From Telmatocola sphagniphila (GTDB lineage Bacteria > Planctomycetota > Planctomycetia > Gemmatales > Gemmataceae), in NCBI RefSeq assembly GCF_018398935.1, contig NZ_CP074694.1, positions 4,050,001 through 4,082,000 of the forward strand: 32,000 bases of DNA. Direction: 5' to 3'. Numbering within the stretch: the stretch's first letter is position 1; every line of letters begins with the position of its first letter. The notes beneath the pieces are model-generated. The model was not told the DNA's origin and made no database searches. It was given only the letters and a program-made list of their open reading frames with translations. Below, one piece after another: positions 29,509 through 32,000 of this stretch. The position numbers and the translations under genes are program-made.

Positions 29509-31614
29509 ATGAATCGATCTTCCTTGAACATGCGGCTCTACGAAGGACGTACCGGCGATCGCCTTCCGGCGCGCTCGACGACCTACCTCAAACCCCCGGA
29601 TTCCCAATCCGCCGGTGCGACCAATCCGTTTCTTAAGTATCTGCTCTATCGCTGGGCTACGATTTTATTCGTGGGAGGATTCCTGGCCGCCGTGCTGGCG
29701 GCGGCCGCCTGGTACCTGATTCCTTCCAAATTCACTACCTCGTCGCTGATTCGGATCTCCGCGGAAATTCCCAGCTTAACCGTCGGCGACATCAACAATC
29801 GAGCCGATTTCTCAACCTACCTGAAAACACAAGCGGCCATGATCCGCAGTTATGGGGTTCTGCACATCGCTCTGTTGGATCCCAAGATCGCATCCTTGCC
29901 GATGATCCGGGAGCAGTCCGATCCGGTCGCTTTTCTGATGGAAGAACTGAAACTCGATTATCAGGATGGCAGCGAACTGCTGCGAATTCAGTTAAGCGGG
30001 GACGATCCCCAGGCGATCACCCAGATCGTCAACGCCGTGCAGGACGCCTATTTTCGAGAAGTGGTCGAGGACGAACAGCGTCGTAAGAAGCTTCGCCTCA
30101 ACCGGCTTGAAGAAACGGTTCACCGCATGAAAGACGAGGTGGAGACCCGTCAGAAACTGGTGCCGCCGGGTACGCCGCTCAAGGTGAGTTCTCAGGTGGT
30201 ACCGCAACTCGCGGCTAATCAGGTAGTACGCATCAAAGAAATGCTGGCGAATTCTGACTCCGCGATTCGCGCTCAGGAAGACAAGATCACGGGACTGCAG
30301 AAACGATTCAACCAGCCTCGTTCGGAGTGGATTGATCCACCGAATATTCTGGAACTCCTGGATCGGGACACGGACATCCAGAAACGCAACGAACGTATGC
30401 AGAGCGTGCAAATTCGCATTGATGAGTACAAGCGGGTCTTCCAGAACTTGGATACCACCCAGTTCAAAGAACTGCAGGAGAAGTTGATCGAGGAAACAAA
30501 ATTGAGGGATGAACTCCGCGAAAAGAGACTGAACGAATATCGCGCGGCCCACATCCCACTGCTCAGTCAGCAACTCAAACGTCAGTATGACGAGGCCAAA
30601 GAGCTCCTCGCTCAACAACGGCACTACAAGAGGGAATTGGAAAAGCAGCTTTCCGAATACCAGGGGATGCTGGACTCCGAACTCGCCAGTAACGAGAAAC
30701 CACTCGACTATACCGTCTTAGAAATTCAGGATCGGCAGAATATCATCACCAACCTGATCGACCGCTCCAATCTTTTGAGAATTGAATTGGATGCTCCGGC
30801 TCGGGTCCGTCCCCTTCAACCGGCCATCGTTCCTCAAAAACGAGATTACCGTCGACAGATTCTCGGTAGCATCGTTGCCGCGCTTTTCGGGTTCGGTCTG
30901 ATTTCGTTCAGCGTCGTGGCCTATGAATCGGCTCTCAAACGAACGACTGCGAGTGCCGATCTGACTCGGTTGGCTCCGATTCTGGGCGTGATTCCTGAAG
31001 TTCTCAATCGGCCGCGTGTAGAAGAGTCGCTCGATAAACTTCGCGGATTGCTCGTCGAACAGGTGAGTCCGAACAGCCGGTTGATCGTGGTTAGCAGTGC
31101 TCGCGAGGAAGACGGCAAGAATTATCTGAGCTGGCAATTGGCTCTTAGCTTCGAACGCGCAGGCGTAAAAACGCTGCTGGTCGATTTCGACCTCCGCCAA
31201 CCCCGGCTTCATCGCTTCTGCAAGACCGATAACGACGGGGGCGTCTGCGATCTCTTAATCGATAACTATGACGTCCGAGCCCATATTCGAACCGCGCCCG
31301 ATGGCCTGGCTTTCCTGCCAGCAGGGGCCTGGTGCGATCTGGTGCGCCGGGAACTGGTGCCCGATCGTTTGGAATCCTTCTTCCAGCGACTTCGCCAGGC
31401 ATTCGATGTGATCGTCGTGAATACTCATCCGGTACTGAATGTCGCCGAGACCTACCCGATCGCCAAATTTGCCGATGCGATTCTGTTGAGCGTGAAAAAA
31501 CATCACAGCCGGCTGGAATTGATCGAGCGGGCCAAGGATAAAATTGTCGGCCTCACGCCTTCGCTGTTTGGCTTGGTCCTCAATGGCGGCAATGAAAACG
31601 AGTGCTGGAACTAG
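29509..31614 (+). CDS. Polysaccharide chain-length-determinant (Wzz-type) protein fused to a BY-kinase-like P-loop domain with degenerate motifs
   Basis: N-terminal Wzz-type 'YLLYRWATILFVGGFLAAVLAAAAWYLIPSKFTTSSLIRI', a long coiled coil, and a second TM 'ILGSIVAALFGFGLISFSVVAY'. The C-terminal domain has 'VVSSAREEDGKNYLSWQLA' (Walker A position), 'LLVDFDLRQP' (Walker A'), and 'VIVVNTHP' (Walker B position). There is no C-terminal Tyr cluster. Confidence 0.8.
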   Translation: MNRSSLNMRLYEGRTGDRLPARSTTYLKPPDSQSAGATNPFLKYLLYRWATILFVGGFLAAVLAAAAWYLIPSKFTTSSLIRISAEIPSLTVGDINNRADFSTYLKTQAAMIRSYGVLHIALLDPKIASLPMIREQSDPVAFLMEELKLDYQDGSELLRIQLSGDDPQAITQIVNAVQDAYFREVVEDEQRRKKLRLNRLEETVHRMKDEVETRQKLVPPGTPLKVSSQVVPQLAANQVVRIKEMLANSDSAIRAQEDKITGLQKRFNQPRSEWIDPPNILELLDRDTDIQKRNERMQSVQIRIDEYKRVFQNLDTTQFKELQEKLIEETKLRDELREKRLNEYRAAHIPLLSQQLKRQYDEAKELLAQQRHYKRELEKQLSEYQGMLDSELASNEKPLDYTVLEIQDRQNIITNLIDRSNLLRIELDAPARVRPLQPAIVPQKRDYRRQILGSIVAALFGFGLISFSVVAYESALKRTTASADLTRLAPILGVIPEVLNRPRVEESLDKLRGLLVEQVSPNSRLIVVSSAREEDGKNYLSWQLALSFERAGVKTLLVDFDLRQPRLHRFCKTDNDGGVCDLLIDNYDVRAHIRTAPDGLAFLPAGAWCDLVRRELVPDRLESFFQRLRQAFDVIVVNTHPVLNVAETYPIAKFADAILLSVKKHHSRLELIERAKDKIVGLTPSLFGLVLNGGNENECWN

Positions 31615-31618
31615 AGCT

Positions 31619-32000
31619 ATGAAACCGCAAGCGTTCTTCATCCTGGCAATCGTCCTGGTCGGCAGTAGTCTGGTCCACGGCCATTACTCCGGCCGCTGGG
31701 AAGATTTCACCGAAATCCGACCTGTACTGAATCAGTTGCCTGAGCATATGGGGGACTGGACCCCGGGAAATTTTTTGAAAATCGATAGTCGGGAGCTGGC
31801 TTTTCAATCCTCGGCCGAGCATCGCATCATCCGGCACGTTCCCTCCAACCGTAATATCGTTCTATCGCTGACGAGTGGCCGTCCTGCCGTGGTGGCCGTG
31901 CACACCCCCGATGTCTGTTACGTCGGCTCCGGGTTCCAGGCAATGACGCAGGCACGAAGAGTGGAAGTGCCGACCGAACAAGGACCTGCTACCCTCTGGT
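31619..32000 (+). CDS. EpsI-family exosortase-associated protein (partial, runs off the right edge)
   Basis: My own translation from the ATG at 31619: MKPQAFFILAIVLVGSSLVHGHYSGRWEDFTEIRPVLNQLPEHMGDWTPGNFLKIDSRELAFQSSAEHRIIRHVPSNRNIVLSLTSGRPAVVAVHTPDVCYVGSGFQAM... It has a signal/anchor segment plus the 'HTPDVCYxGxG' motif typical of EpsI. It starts 4 nt after the preceding stop. It is not in the ORF track because it has no stop in the window. Confidence 0.75.
   Translation, partial: MKPQAFFILAIVLVGSSLVHGHYSGRWEDFTEIRPVLNQLPEHMGDWTPGNFLKIDSRELAFQSSAEHRIIRHVPSNRNIVLSLTSGRPAVVAVHTPDVCYVGSGFQAMTQARRVEVPTEQGPATLW

Noticed and set aside
1-32000. Frequent GAATTC and CGATCG hexamers. I also searched for tRNA/rRNA, CRISPR repeats, IS elements, integrases and phage genes.
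   Set aside because: The hexamers are explained by codon pairs (GAA-TTC, xCG-ATC-Gxx) in coding regions. I found no cloverleaf-like segments, no regularly spaced direct repeats, and no transposase- or integrase-like ORFs. The window looks like core chromosome rather than a mobile island.

Overview
32-kb chromosomal window with about 23 protein-coding genes. By eye I found no rRNA, tRNA, CRISPR array, transposase or integrase. All functional calls come from motif and architecture recognition in the translated ORFs; no database search was possible. The gene style suggests a Planctomycetota-like genome (inference): a giant multidomain envelope protein, an ECF sigma factor, exosortase/EpsI, HpnE-type squalene enzymes, weak or absent Shine-Dalgarno sequences and an N-terminal 'LEALEARDLLS' motif. 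Layout, left to right: a partial secreted-protein gene (-); a fused squalene-synthase-like/HpnE-like gene (+); a 1,943-aa anti-sigma::alpha-2-macroglobulin thioester protein (-) directly downstream of an ECF sigma factor (-) and a TolC-like outer-membrane factor (-); two GT2 glycosyltransferases and an aldehyde dehydrogenase (+), converging on an RhlB-like GT1 and a YkgJ-type Cys-cluster protein (-); a polytopic membrane protein plus an insertion-bearing HTTM (gamma-carboxylase-like) protein (+); Trm112-like (-); a YgiB/DUF1190-like small protein, a YgiC/YjfC-type ATP-grasp ligase and a coupled membrane protein (+); a conserved unknown (-); dtd, an HtrA-family protease and a class-V aminotransferase (+); then an exosortase, a Wzz/BY-kinase-like protein with degenerate nucleotide-binding motifs, and a partial EpsI gene (+). 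The best candidate for an undescribed system is the ECF sigma plus membrane-anchored A2M thioester protein. Its N-terminus looks like an anti-sigma domain. Its bait-region position holds a coiled coil, a transmembrane hairpin and a Gly/Met-rich disordered tract, which suggests a protease-sensing signalling device. Secondary candidates are the HTTM two-gene module and the YgiB/YgiC-like three-gene module.
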